The position numbers and the translations under genes were made by a program. Under the pieces are notes generated by a model. The model saw only the letters and a list, made by a program, of their open reading frames with translations. It did no database searches and was not told the DNA's origin. Below are positions 1 through 13,346 of a DNA stretch of 64,000 bases, in pieces (the first letter of the stretch is position 1; each line of letters opens with the position of its first letter). Location: positions 72,478,001 through 72,542,000 of the forward strand of contig OZ024744.1 in the NCBI GenBank assembly GCA_964016885.1. The letters run 5' to 3'. This stretch comes from Eledone cirrhosa. Taxonomy: Eukaryota.

Positions 1-70
1 GCCAAAAGTAGAAACAATTATTTATTATCCACCGTAGTGTCGAGACAGGGCACAACTACTGTTGTGTTAC

Positions 71-117
<47 letters not shown>

Positions 118-120
118 TAC

Positions 121-217
<97 letters not shown>

Positions 218-267
218 GGAAAAATTGAAACGATATTTCATACATACTTATATATATTTCATACATA

Positions 268-344
<77 letters not shown>

Positions 345-536
345 GTATATATGTATATATATATATATATATATAAGTGGTAACACAACAGTTAGTTCAA
401 CCGTGCCAAGAACAATTGTTTCACCTTAGCGGATCCTCAGTTCCACTTCTACTTAACTCGTCCCATGGACTGAGTGCTCTACCACTACGGATATTACCTT
501 CCAGTGTTCTACCTCTCTCTCTCTCTCTCTCGCTCG

Positions 537-589
<53 letters not shown>

Positions 590-647
590 TATATATATAT
601 ATAAACATGTGTGTGTGTGATTGTGTGTATATATATATATGCATATA

Positions 648-680
<33 letters not shown>

Positions 681-741
681 GCATATATATATATATGCAT
701 ATATATATATATATATATGCATATGCATATATATATATATA

Positions 742-809
<68 letters not shown>

Positions 810-813
810 CATA

Positions 814-847
<34 letters not shown>

Positions 848-1367
848 TACATGTATACAATATATGTATATATACACAATCACATACACACTCACATATA
901 TATATATGTATATACACACACATGTGTGTGTGTGTGCATGTATGCATATATATATTTACATGTGCGAGTGTGTTTGTTTGTTATTTTGGGGAGTTTATTT
1001 TCGTTTGTTTAAATAAATAGAAAACATTTAAAGATTAATTAAAATAAATAAATATCCGTCACATATAAAACAATAACAAAATTAAACAAAATATTGCATG
1101 CTCGTTATTGAATGCATATGTTTAAGCACGTAAGCATACACGTGTATGCTTATAATATAAGTAAGTATGTTTTATATATATATATATACATACTTATATT
1201 ATAAGCATATATATATACATACTTATATTATAAGCATATAATATAAGCATTATATATATATATATACACACACACATATATATATATATACATATTTATA
1301 TATGTATATATACAATATATACAAATATATACGCACATATATATGCATACATATTCACATATATATG

Positions 1368-1450
<83 letters not shown>

Positions 1451-1596
1451 TTATATATACAAATATATATGTACATGTTATATATACATATATGCAAATA
1501 TATATGCACATGTTATATATACATATATGCATACATATTCACATATATACGTATATATATGTGTGTATATGTATGTATATATATACATACATATGC

Positions 1597-1627
<31 letters not shown>

Positions 1628-1800
1628 TACATACATATATACATATATACATATTACATATATACATACGTACATACGTACTAATATACATGCATAGATA
1701 CATACATACATAGATGTGCTAAGAGAAAGTGAAATTCAACTGGTGAGGGAAAAATGAAAGAAAATGAAAAAAAATAACGTATGTGGTGTAGTGGCTGCAA

Positions 1801-1894
<94 letters not shown>

Positions 1895-1975
1895 TGTGAG
1901 ATTGGGTAAAATCATATATAGTAAGATATTTTCAATTGGAGATCAGTTAATGAGAAGGAAAGGGATCCAGTAAAG

Positions 1976-2070
<95 letters not shown>

Positions 2071-2562
2071 AAATAAAGAGGTGAAAGCAACAAAAGGAGA
2101 AGAGAAAGAAAGAAAAAATAATAGAGAAAGAAAAAAGAATAGAGAATGAAAGCTCTAAAGAAAGAAGGAAGGAAGGAAGCAAGAAAGAAAGAAAGAAGAA
2201 GAAAGATAGAAAGAAAGACAGAAAGAAAGAAAGAGAAAAAGAAAGTAAGAATGAACGCAAGAAAGAAAAAAAGAAACAGTAACGAAAGAAAAATTGAAGG
2301 AGGTAGTAAAGAATGAACGAAAGAAAAAAGAAAGAAATGAATAAGGAATGAAAGAAAATAAATAAATAAATAAATAAAATATAAATACACCAAAAAAATG
2401 AAACAAAGACAAGAATAAAAAGAAATAGAAGGTAAAAAGAAAGAAAGTAAAAAAAATCATAGATAAGAAAGGAAATCTAAGGTGGGAGAAAGAGAAGGTG
2501 AGAGTGAGAGAGAGAGAATGAGGGAGAGAGAGAGTGAGAGAAAGATAGGGAGAAAGAGAGTG

Positions 2563-2596
<34 letters not shown>

Positions 2597-3029
2597 GAGG
2601 GCGAATATTGGAAAGAATTATGATAATAATCATAGTAGTGTATGTGAAGATAGTGATATATGTGTGTGTGTGTAGAGTGAGAGAGAGAGAGTGACCAAGA
2701 AACAGACACAGACAGATGGACAAAGAGTGAGAGAGAGAGAGAAAGAGAAAGAGAGAGAGAGAGAGAGTACGAGAGAGAGAGAGTGAGAGAGAGAAGCATG
2801 TGGGGGGGGGGGTGACAGTAGTTAATGGAAAGAAAAAAATAGATGAAGACAGAAACGCTGAGACGATATGGGAGGCAAGATGAGGTGGGGGAGGAGGAGA
2901 ACAAGAATAAAAAAGAATCATTGACAAAAAAAAAAACGAAAAAGTAAGAAAAGCCAGGAATTTTTTTTTAAATAAATAAATGAATACATAAATAAAAAAC
3001 AGAAAGAAAGAAACAAGGAAAGAAAGAAA

Positions 3030-3089
<60 letters not shown>

Positions 3090-3482
3090 AAAGGAAATAG
3101 AAAGAAAAAGAGAAGGAAAGAAAGAAAGAAAAAAAGAAACAAGGAAAGAAGAAAGAAAAGGGAAAGAAAGAGAAAAAAGAGAGAGGCAGAGAAAAAAAGA
3201 AAGAAAGAAGGAAAGAAAGAAAGAGAAAAAGAGAGAGGAAGAGAAAGAAAGAAAGAAAGAAAGAAAGAGAAAAAAGAAAGAAAGAAAGAGAGAAAAAGTA
3301 AAACAAAGAAAAAAGAAAATTGATTGAACTGAATTGATTTGATCTGATGAATAATAATAATAATAAACATACATTATAAATAAACTAACAAATAAACAAA
3401 TAAAACAAAATAAAACAAAATAAAATAAAATAAAATAAAATAAAATACAAATAAAATTTAAAATTTTTTTAAAAAAATATAT

Positions 3483-3532
<50 letters not shown>

Positions 3533-3549
3533 AAAATTTAAATACTTAC

Positions 3550-3748
3550 CGAAAATGTTTGACCTTTCCCCGGATCTTATAGTCCCATTCGGTAGAATTG
3601 AAAGGAAGAATGCATTTCTATTGTAGAGCATCTGAGTTCTAGTGCCACCGATTGACCAACGATGCGGAGCTTGGGCATTCTTCCCAGACAGCAGGAATCC
3701 CTCGCTGTTCACTGCACTGCTAGGAAAACCCCTTGCCAGTTCTGTCAT
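3550..3748 (-). CDS. Coding exon of a fibroblast growth factor gene (FGF9/16/20-like, N-terminal part of the FGF core)
   Basis: Translation MTELARG...GGTRTQMLYNRNAFFLSILPNGTIRSGERSNIF(G) resembles FGF9 [32 protein letters not shown]. It ends at a canonical donor TTCG|GTAAGT (exon end 3550, phase 1), the position of the first FGF core intron. An upstream acceptor-like ttcttgttcttcctactcag| would start the exon at 3761. Confidence 0.8.
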
Positions 3749-3799
3749 GGTCACTTGACAGCTGAGTAGGAAGAACAAGAATCTCCCGGCAATTGTGGC

Positions 3800-3825
3800 A
3801 GTAGTAGTAATAGTACTAATAATAA

Positions 3826-3899
<74 letters not shown>

Positions 3900-6400
3900 A
3901 TAGTAGTAGTAGTAGTAGTAGTAGTAGTAATAGTAGTAGTAGTGGCGGTGGTGGTGGTGGTGGTGGTAGTGGTGGTGGTGGTGGTGGTGATGGTGGTGGT
4001 GGCGGCGGCGACGGCGGCGGTGGTGGTGGTGGTGGCGGTAATGGTGGTGGTAATGATGGCGGTGGTGGTGGTGGTGGTGGTAATGATGGCGGTGGTGGTG
4101 GTGTTAATGATGATGGTGGTGTCTGTGGTGGTGGTGGTGGTGGTGGTGGTGGTGGTGGTGGTGGTGGTGGTGGTGGTAGTGGCGGTGGTGTTTTACGGTG
4201 GAAGTGAGTGGGAGGGTGACGGTGACTGCGTCGGCGCCCTCGGCGCTGGCGTTGATGATGATGGTGGTGGTGGTGGTGGTGGTTGTATTATTGATGATGG
4301 CGATGACGGTGGTGACGGCGGTAACGGCAGCGGTTGTGGAGGTGGTGGTGGTGGTGGTCGTCGTGGTGGTGGTGGTGGTGATGGTGTGGGTGATGATGGT
4401 GGTGGTGGGGGCGGCGGTGGTGGTGGTGGCGGTGATGGTGGTGGTGCTGATGGTGGTGGTGGTGGTGGTGCTGACGGTGGTTGTGGTGGTGGTTGTGGTT
4501 GTGGTGGTGGTGCTGACGGTGGTGGTGGTGGTGGTGGTGATGGTTGTGGTGGTGGTGGTGGTGGTGGTGGTTGAGATGGCGATCGTGTTAAAGTTAATGC
4601 TTATTAATGGCGATGGTGGTAATTGTGATTGCGGTGGCGGCGTTGGTGATGATGGTGGTGATGATGATGATGGCGATGGTGTTGCAGGTAGTGGTTGTGG
4701 CGGCGACGGCGACGGCGGCGTTTATTGTTGTGGTTGGTTTTGCTTGTTTGTTTATTTATTTCGTTCGTTCGTTTGTTTGTTTGTTTGTTTGTTTGTTTGT
4801 TTGTTTGTTTGTTTGGTGATGTTGGCGCTGTCGTCGTTGTTGTTGTTGTTATAGTTGGTGGTCGGTGCTATTGGGTGGTGGTGGTGGTGGTGGTCGTGGT
4901 GGTAGTGGCGGTGGCGGCGGTGGTGGTGGTGATGGTGATGGTGGGATGTGAATCTGATGGTGGGGGAAGGGGTGCGAATTTGATGGTGGTGATAATGATG
5001 GTGGTGGGATAGTGGGGTGGCAATGATGGTGTTGATAGTGATGGTTTTGACAACGGTTAGCGGTTGGTTGGATGGGTGGGTGGGTGTATGGATGGATGTA
5101 AGTTAGTGGGGAGGGGTGTTTGGCATTAGTGTTGGTGTTTGTTTGGCATTTCGTGGTATATGGTGGTTGGGTTGGTTTGGTTTGAGTTTGGTTTGGTTTG
5201 GTTTGGTTTTGTGGTGGTGGGTTTTGTGGTGGGGGGGTCTGATGGGGGTCTGGTGGTGGTCGTCGTGGTTGTGAGAGTGGGTTTATTTGATGGTGGTGGG
5301 TTCGGTGCTGGGTTTTGTGGGGGGGGGGAGCCTGGTGCGGGTCTGGTGGTGGTCGTCGTGGTTGTGAGAGTAGGTTTATTTGGTGGTGGTTTGGTATTTG
5401 GTGGTAGATGGTGGTTGGGTTTTGTGGTGGGGGTCTGGTGGTGGTCGTGGTTGTGAGAGTGGGTTTATTTGGTGGTGGTGGTGGTTTGGTATTTGGTGGT
5501 AGATGGTGGTTGGGTTTTGTGGTGGGGGTCTGGTGGTGGTGGTCGTGGTTGTGAAAGTGGGTTTATTTGGTGGTGGTTGTGGTGGTGGTTTGGTATTTGG
5601 TGGTGGTGGTGGTGGTGGTGGTGGTTTGGTATTTGGTGGTAGATGGTGGTTGGGTTTTGTGGTGGGGGTCTGGTGGTGGTCGTGGTTGTGAGAGTGGGTT
5701 TATTTGGTGGTGGTGGGTTCGGTGCTGGGTTTTGTGGTGGGGGTCTGGTTCGGGTCTGGTGGTCGTCGTGGTTGTGAGAGTGGGTTTATTTGGTGGTGGT
5801 GGGTTCGGTGCTGGGTTTTGTGGTGGGGGTCTGGTGCAGGTCTGGTGGCCGTCGTGGTTGTGAGACTGGGTTTATTTGGTGGTGGTGGTGGTTTGGTATT
5901 TGGTGGTAGATGGTGGTTGGGTTGGGTGGGCTTTTTTTGGTGGGGGGCTGGTGCGGGTCTGGTGGTGTTTGTGGTTGTGAGAGTGGGTTTATTTTGGTGG
6001 TGATGGTGGTGGTGGTGGTGGTTTGGTATTTGGTGGTATTTGGTGGTAGATGGTGGTTTGGTTTTGTGGTGGGGGTCTGGTGCGAGTCTGGTGGTAGTTG
6101 TGGTTGTGAGAGTGGGTTTATTTTGGTGGCGGTGTTGTTTGCGGTGGGGGGCTGGTGGTGTTTGTAGTTGTGATAGTGGATTTATTTGGAGTGCTGGTGG
6201 TGGCTGTTGGTGGTGGTGGGGATGGTGGTGGTGGGGATGGTGGTGGTGGTGATGGTAGTGGGGGTGGTGGTGGCTGGTGCTGGTGGTGGTTTTGATGGTG
6301 GTGGTGCTGGTGCTGGTGCTGGTGGTGGTGTTGATGGTGATCGGGGTGGCTGCTGCTGGTGGTGATGATGGTGGTGATGGTGGTGGTGGTGGCTGGTGCT
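3800..6400. repeat. (GTA)n/(GGT)n low-complexity block containing a G/T-rich minisatellite (about 5230-6180)
   Basis: Recurrent unit ggtctggtggtggtcgtggttgtgagagtgggtttatttggtgg. Confidence 0.9.
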
Positions 6401-6556
6401 AGTGGTCCTTGCCAAAGTTGTAAACTACACTGGTGAGTTGTAATCGCGACTGAGTGAAACAGTTTGGTTCAGCGATAAAACAGAATATTGTAAAAAAAAA
6501 CAAAAAGAAAAACAAAAAAACAATGAGGTAATTCAAAGATTATATATGTATGTGTG

Positions 6557-6625
<69 letters not shown>

Positions 6626-6628
<3 letters not shown>

Positions 6629-6740
6629 AAAAAGTATGACCCCGACGGCAGATATCAAGCCGTTTCGACGGCTATTTCTGGACTCCAGAAATAGCCGTCG
6701 AAACGGCTTGAGCTCTGCCGTCGGGGTCATACGTTTTCCT
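6626..6740. repeat. 115-bp near-perfect palindrome in (TA)n; family members at 10271-10430, 19640-19785 and 36030-36100
   Basis: Arms are symmetric about 6683. Shared blocks gaccccgacggc...gagctc...gccgtttc and attacccactctactaccc..agtat(c/t)gagtac. Confidence 0.85.
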
Positions 6741-6821
6741 ATTACCCACTCTACTACCCTAAGTATTGAGTACTCTGGTGCGTTATGGTCCATATGGTTC
6801 CTTACCACAACTCCTTCGTTT

Positions 6822-6854
<33 letters not shown>

Positions 6855-6861
6855 TTGTATG

Positions 6862-6913
<52 letters not shown>

Positions 6914-7160
6914 TATACGTACATACATACATACATACATACATACATACATACATACATACATACATACATACATACATACATACATACATACATACAT
7001 ACTTAAATGCGCACACATGTAACCTTGAAAAATAGATTGATAAATAAATGTGTATATAAATTAACGTCCAATTTTCTACATCCTGTAATGATGCACAACT
7101 ATTAAACATACATATACACACGGACGTGTGTGACTGCATATATATGCGTGTGTGTGTGTC

Positions 7161-7220
<60 letters not shown>

Positions 7221-7262
7221 TGTGTCTCGGGGATGACCAATCTACATTAGTAGAGTATATAC

Positions 7263-7380
7263 AAAATTTAATATAGAATGGGCTTCTACAGGACTAGAAC
7301 TGTTTCATTCAGGAAAGCCTGATGATTTCTTACGAATGAAACAGATCTAGTCCTGTAGAACCATTTCTATATTAAATTTT
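7263..7380. repeat. Imperfect palindrome of about 118 bp; related copy at 10123-10185
   Basis: aaaatttaatatagaa..ttctacaggactaga..ctgtttcattc pairs with gaatgaaacag..tctagtcctgtagaa..ttctatattaaatttt. Confidence 0.85.
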
Positions 7381-7392
7381 ACATATATATAT

Positions 7393-7491
<99 letters not shown>

Positions 7492-7506
7492 AATATATAT
7501 ATAAAT

Positions 7507-7541
<35 letters not shown>

Positions 7542-7602
7542 AATATATATATAAATATATATATAAATATATATATAAATATATATATAAATATATATAT
7601 AA

Positions 7603-7647
<45 letters not shown>

Positions 7648-7668
7648 TATATATAAATATATATATAA

Positions 7669-7783
<115 letters not shown>

Positions 7784-7821
7784 TATATATATAAATATAT
7801 ATATATAAATATATATATATA

Positions 7822-7861
<40 letters not shown>

Positions 7862-8020
7862 CATACATACATACATACATACATACATACATACATACAT
7901 ACATACATACATACATACATACATACATACATACATACGAATACATACATACATACATACATACATACATACATACATACATACATACATACATACATAC
8001 ATACGAATACATACATACAT

Positions 8021-8330
8021 GGTGCGGCCCAGGCGCGGCCGAGTGGTTAAGAAGTCTAACTGGAAATTATGAGATCTCGAGTTCGACCCCACTGTCTAAG
8101 TGACTGTATATATATTATATGTTAACGCAAACAGAGTGGGAGTTTATCGAGTGAATCGTAATTGTAATTGAAAGCCATGTCACACACAGACACGCCGAAA
8201 CTGCCGAATAATTGTGTTGACGCTACACGTGTCTGTGGAATATATTCAGACACTTACAAGTTAATCAATTAGGAAGGTGGTTCTGTTGACCAGAACAATT
8301 GAAATATTATTTGTCGAAAAACTGACGGAA
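8021..8330 (+). mobile_element. Second tRNA-derived SINE family
   Basis: A box ggccgagtggttaag and B box gagttcgacccc without a foldable cloverleaf, followed by an unrelated body. Confidence 0.55.
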
Positions 8331-8345
8331 GATATGTACATATGC

Positions 8346-8458
<113 letters not shown>

Positions 8459-8545
8459 CATATATATAAGTACATATACATATACCTATATATATATATG
8501 TATATGTATCTATGTAAATATGTATGTATATATGTATATGTTTAT

Positions 8546-8651
<106 letters not shown>

Positions 8652-8708
8652 TATAATATATATATATTTATTATATGTGTATGTGTATGTGGGTGTATTT
8701 ATCAATCA

Positions 8709-8740
<32 letters not shown>

Positions 8741-8797
8741 GAAACATATCTATCTATATACTGGGTGAATCTACAGTAACTTCAGGTTACACTTCCT

Positions 8798-8853
<56 letters not shown>

Positions 8854-9113
8854 TTATATGTGGATATTTGGCAGTTTGTACCTGATCTATATCATTATCA
8901 TCAACAACAACATCATCATCATCATCATCGTGGCCATAGTCAACGTTGCATTCATTAACATTCTCATAGGTTAATACTAACGTAAACTCTACAGGTATTC
9001 TCACTAATGAGCGTTACTTCAATTTAAAACATATTCAGAAATAAACTATTACCGTTATTAATATTTATTATTACTATTATTATTTTTATTTTAATCTAAA
9101 TATTATTACTGTA

Positions 9114-9350
9114 GGGCGGTGTATTGTCAGAGTCAGTAGAGCGTCGGACAAGATTCTTTGCGATATTTAGTTACAACTTTCTACGTTTGTTTTTAAATTC
9201 CGCCTATTAAATACGCCTTTCATCATGCCGAACTCTATAAACCAGTACCAGTAATGTACTGGGGTAGGAGGGGAGGCGGGGGGGGGGGGGTTAATCGAGT
9301 TACCCCTTCCTTCCCAAAATTGTTAACCTCGCGCCTATGTTATAAAAACA

Positions 9351-9387
<37 letters not shown>

Positions 9388-9565
9388 TTAAGTTAGTTTT
9401 TACTGCCATTTATGTTTTTAGGTTCAAATCCCACCGAGATTAACTTTGCCTTTGATCCTTACGGGGTCGAAAAATAAAATACCAATAACATACTGGATAT
9501 CGATTTAATCGACTTCCTCTTTCCCTTCAAATTGCTGCTCTTGTGATAAAAGTAGAAACATTTCT
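9114..9565 (+). mobile_element. Two older SINE copies of the same family (further fragments at 1-27, 16935-17010, 19170-19310, 24625-24717, 46010-46180, 56590-56740 and 57690-57840)
   Basis: Degenerate matches to the core and the agtagaaac-(att)n tail. Confidence 0.7.
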
Positions 9566-9731
9566 CTACGTTGTTGGGATTATTGATTTTTTAAAAAAAA
9601 CTTTTACTTTATTAAGTTCACATTTGACTTAAAGTAAATGTCCTAATATATATATATGTATATATAAAAGGTAAACAGAAATAACAACACAATCGGTACA
9701 GTATATGGAAGGTATATATTAGGTTAATGCT

Positions 9732-9801
<70 letters not shown>

Positions 9802-9971
9802 AGAGAGAAAGACACAGACGTACACACAAACACAGACACACATACACATATATATATATATATATAAACACACACACAGACACACACACACACAGACACA
9901 CACAAACAGACACACATACATATATATATATATAAACACACACACAGACACACACAAACACAGACACACAT

Positions 9972-10005
<34 letters not shown>

Positions 10006-10237
10006 ACACACACAGACACACAAACACACATACACATATACATATATATATATATAAACACACACACAGACACACACACACACAGACACACACAGACACA
10101 CACACACACCCACACACACACACATGATTTCTCCCGAATGAAAGTGTTCTAGTCATATACAAGCCATTTCTATATTAAATATTTTTTACTCTGCTATGTA
10201 TTGAGTCCCTGATTGAAACCTGGATAAACACACACAC

Positions 10238-10270
<33 letters not shown>

Positions 10271-10432
10271 GGAATGAGTAGGACCCCGACGGCTGAGCTC
10301 AAGCCGTTTCGACGGCTAATTCTGGACTGAATTAGCCGTAGTAGAGTGGGTAATAGGAAAAGTGTCAGGACCCCCGACGGCTGAGCTCCTGCCGTTTTGA
10401 CACCTATTTCAGTTTCGGTGTCCTGACCCTTT

Positions 10433-10525
<93 letters not shown>

Positions 10526-10624
10526 ATAGATAGATTGACAATTAAGTATAAATCTATGTTTACATGCAGATATATGTGTATATATGTGTATGTATGTATA
10601 TAATATAAAGATGCATATATATAT

Positions 10625-10655
<31 letters not shown>

Positions 10656-10733
10656 AATATATATATATAAATTAAATATAAATATATATAAATATAAATA
10701 TATATATATAAATATATAAATATATATATATAA

Positions 10734-10828
<95 letters not shown>

Positions 10829-10869
10829 AATATATAAATATATATATATAAATATATAAATATATATAT

Positions 10870-10934
<65 letters not shown>

Positions 10935-11112
10935 TATACTCACACACACACCCTCACATCTTAAAATACGACACATGTTCATTTATTTACATCCATCTTA
11001 TTTTTCTTTTCAGGTACTTTTTAAATGCACCCACATGTTTATAATTCCGCGACACGTGCATGAAGCCTCTCTCTCTTTCTCTCTCTCTCACTCTCTCTCT
11101 CTCTCTCTCTCT

Positions 11113-11148
<36 letters not shown>

Positions 11149-11609
11149 TTCTCCCCCCCCTCTCTCTCTCTCTATCTATCTCTCTCTCATGCACAGAACA
11201 CACATGATGGTGATGGAAATGCTATTGCTGTTGCTGCTGTTGTTGATGCAATTGTTGCAAATTACTCTTGTTGTTGTTGTTGTTGTTGTTGTTGTTATTA
11301 TTGTTGCATGATGAGGACAATGAGTAATAATTCATGCCTTATTTTAAACAAAAAAAAGTTTTTTGGTGCCGTTACCATAGTTACTATTTAATAACACCAC
11401 CTACCAGCCAGCCAGCCAGCCAGCCATCCAGCCAGTCTCGTCCGTAGGGACTCCGCCCACCCCCACCACAAATATAGTTTACTTTAACCATCACCGCCGC
11501 TGCCAACACCCTAACCACAACCCTCCTTCATCACTAACACACCGTTCGTTGTCATTACAAAAAACAAAAACAAAAACAAAAAACACCCCCCCCCCCCCCC
11601 ACCACCACT

Positions 11610-11832
11610 GTCATCGCCACAAACCACCACCACCACCACCACCACCACAGCCGCCGCCAACAACAACACCACCACCACCACCACCACCACCACTGACGTC
11701 AACACTCTTGTCATCATCATCATCATCATCATCATCTTCATTGACACCAAACAGCAATGCATCTGAAAAAACTGCTACAGCCGCTGCGGCCATAGGCAAA
11801 GTGGTCAGTGCCGTACCTTGCCCCATCGTCGA

Positions 11833-11871
<39 letters not shown>

Positions 11872-11937
11872 TATCAACAGCACCAGCAACAACATCAGTA
11901 CCACCACCACCACCATCATCATCATCGTCGTCATCAC

Positions 11938-11999
<62 letters not shown>

Positions 12000-12047
12000 A
12001 TACCACCATCATCACCACCATCACCAACATCAACATCACCTCTGAAA

Positions 12048-12079
<32 letters not shown>

Positions 12080-12154
12080 ACCGCCGCCGCCGCCATCACC
12101 ACCACCACCACCACCACCATCGCCATCGCCGTCACCGTCACCTACACTGCCACA

Positions 12155-12228
<74 letters not shown>

Positions 12229-12285
12229 AACTTGTAGTAAATTGCTGCTGCAACCACTACCACCACTACTACTACTACTACTGAC
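11610..12285. repeat. Compound trinucleotide repeats (ACC/ATC/GCC/ACT)
   Basis: Directly visible in the sequence. Confidence 0.9.
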
Positions 12286-12398
12286 AAATCTACTCACTGT
12301 GAAAGCTGGATTGATCCATGAGTTTCAACTAATGTAGTATAAGAAACAAAGCAACACGTACCATCGACATGTGTATATAGTATATATATATATATATA

Positions 12399-12509
<111 letters not shown>

Positions 12510-12578
12510 ATGTGTGTATATGTGCAATATATACTTATACACACGCAAGCACCACACATGCGCGCGTGTGCGTATGCA

Positions 12579-12653
<75 letters not shown>

Positions 12654-12910
12654 TGTGTGTGTGTGTATATGTACACACGTTATAAATTCTTCGTGTCGGG
12701 TAATACAAATTCCGTATATGTGTGTTTGGTATTAAGTGCAATTCCTACACACGGAAGGTCGTCAAATAATAATAATAAAAATAATAATAAGAAGAAGAAG
12801 GTAATAGTAATAATAATGATAATTGTAACAATGATAACAATAATGCGTGTTCCAAATGAAAGATCCAGTAATACGATTGATTATCGATTAATCATATCAT
12901 GTAGTATTTT

Positions 12911-12949
<39 letters not shown>

Positions 12950-13018
12950 TAAATCATTTTTACACACATATGCATCATATATAACTATATATATATATAA
13001 TATATATATATATATAAT

Positions 13019-13069
<51 letters not shown>

Positions 13070-13310
13070 ATAAAAATTATGTGTGTGTGTGTATGTATGT
13101 CTGTGTGTGTGCTGTGTGTTTGATAGAAGAAATGCTTGTTTTCTCACATTTTTTTCTCTTTTTTTTTTTCTTTTTCTTTTCCCTTTTTTTTTTTTCTTCT
13201 TATTTCACTTCCGTATTTTGTAATTCAATATTTGTGTCCAGATGGAAGTAAGAATAAGAATAAGGATTTCTTAATAGAAAGTCAGATCAACTTTTGTGGT
13301 GGGGTGTGTT

Positions 13311-13346
<36 letters not shown>

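Noticed and set aside
6182-6480. His/Pro-rich minus-strand ORF as an upstream FGF exon
   Set aside because: It is low-complexity, starts at a non-ATG codon, ends in a stop and has no convincing donor.
8021-8095. Possible tRNA gene
   Set aside because: A and B boxes are present but there are no proper acceptor or anticodon stems, so it is better read as a SINE head.
8771-9004. Short acidic ORF with a possible CAG|GTAC donor
   Set aside because: There is no recognisable homology, the donor is weak and the ORF is partly (GAT)n.
12680-12760. Possible microRNA hairpin (miR-92-like seed AATTGCAC on the minus strand)
   Set aside because: Pairing is weak and the rest does not resemble miR-92.
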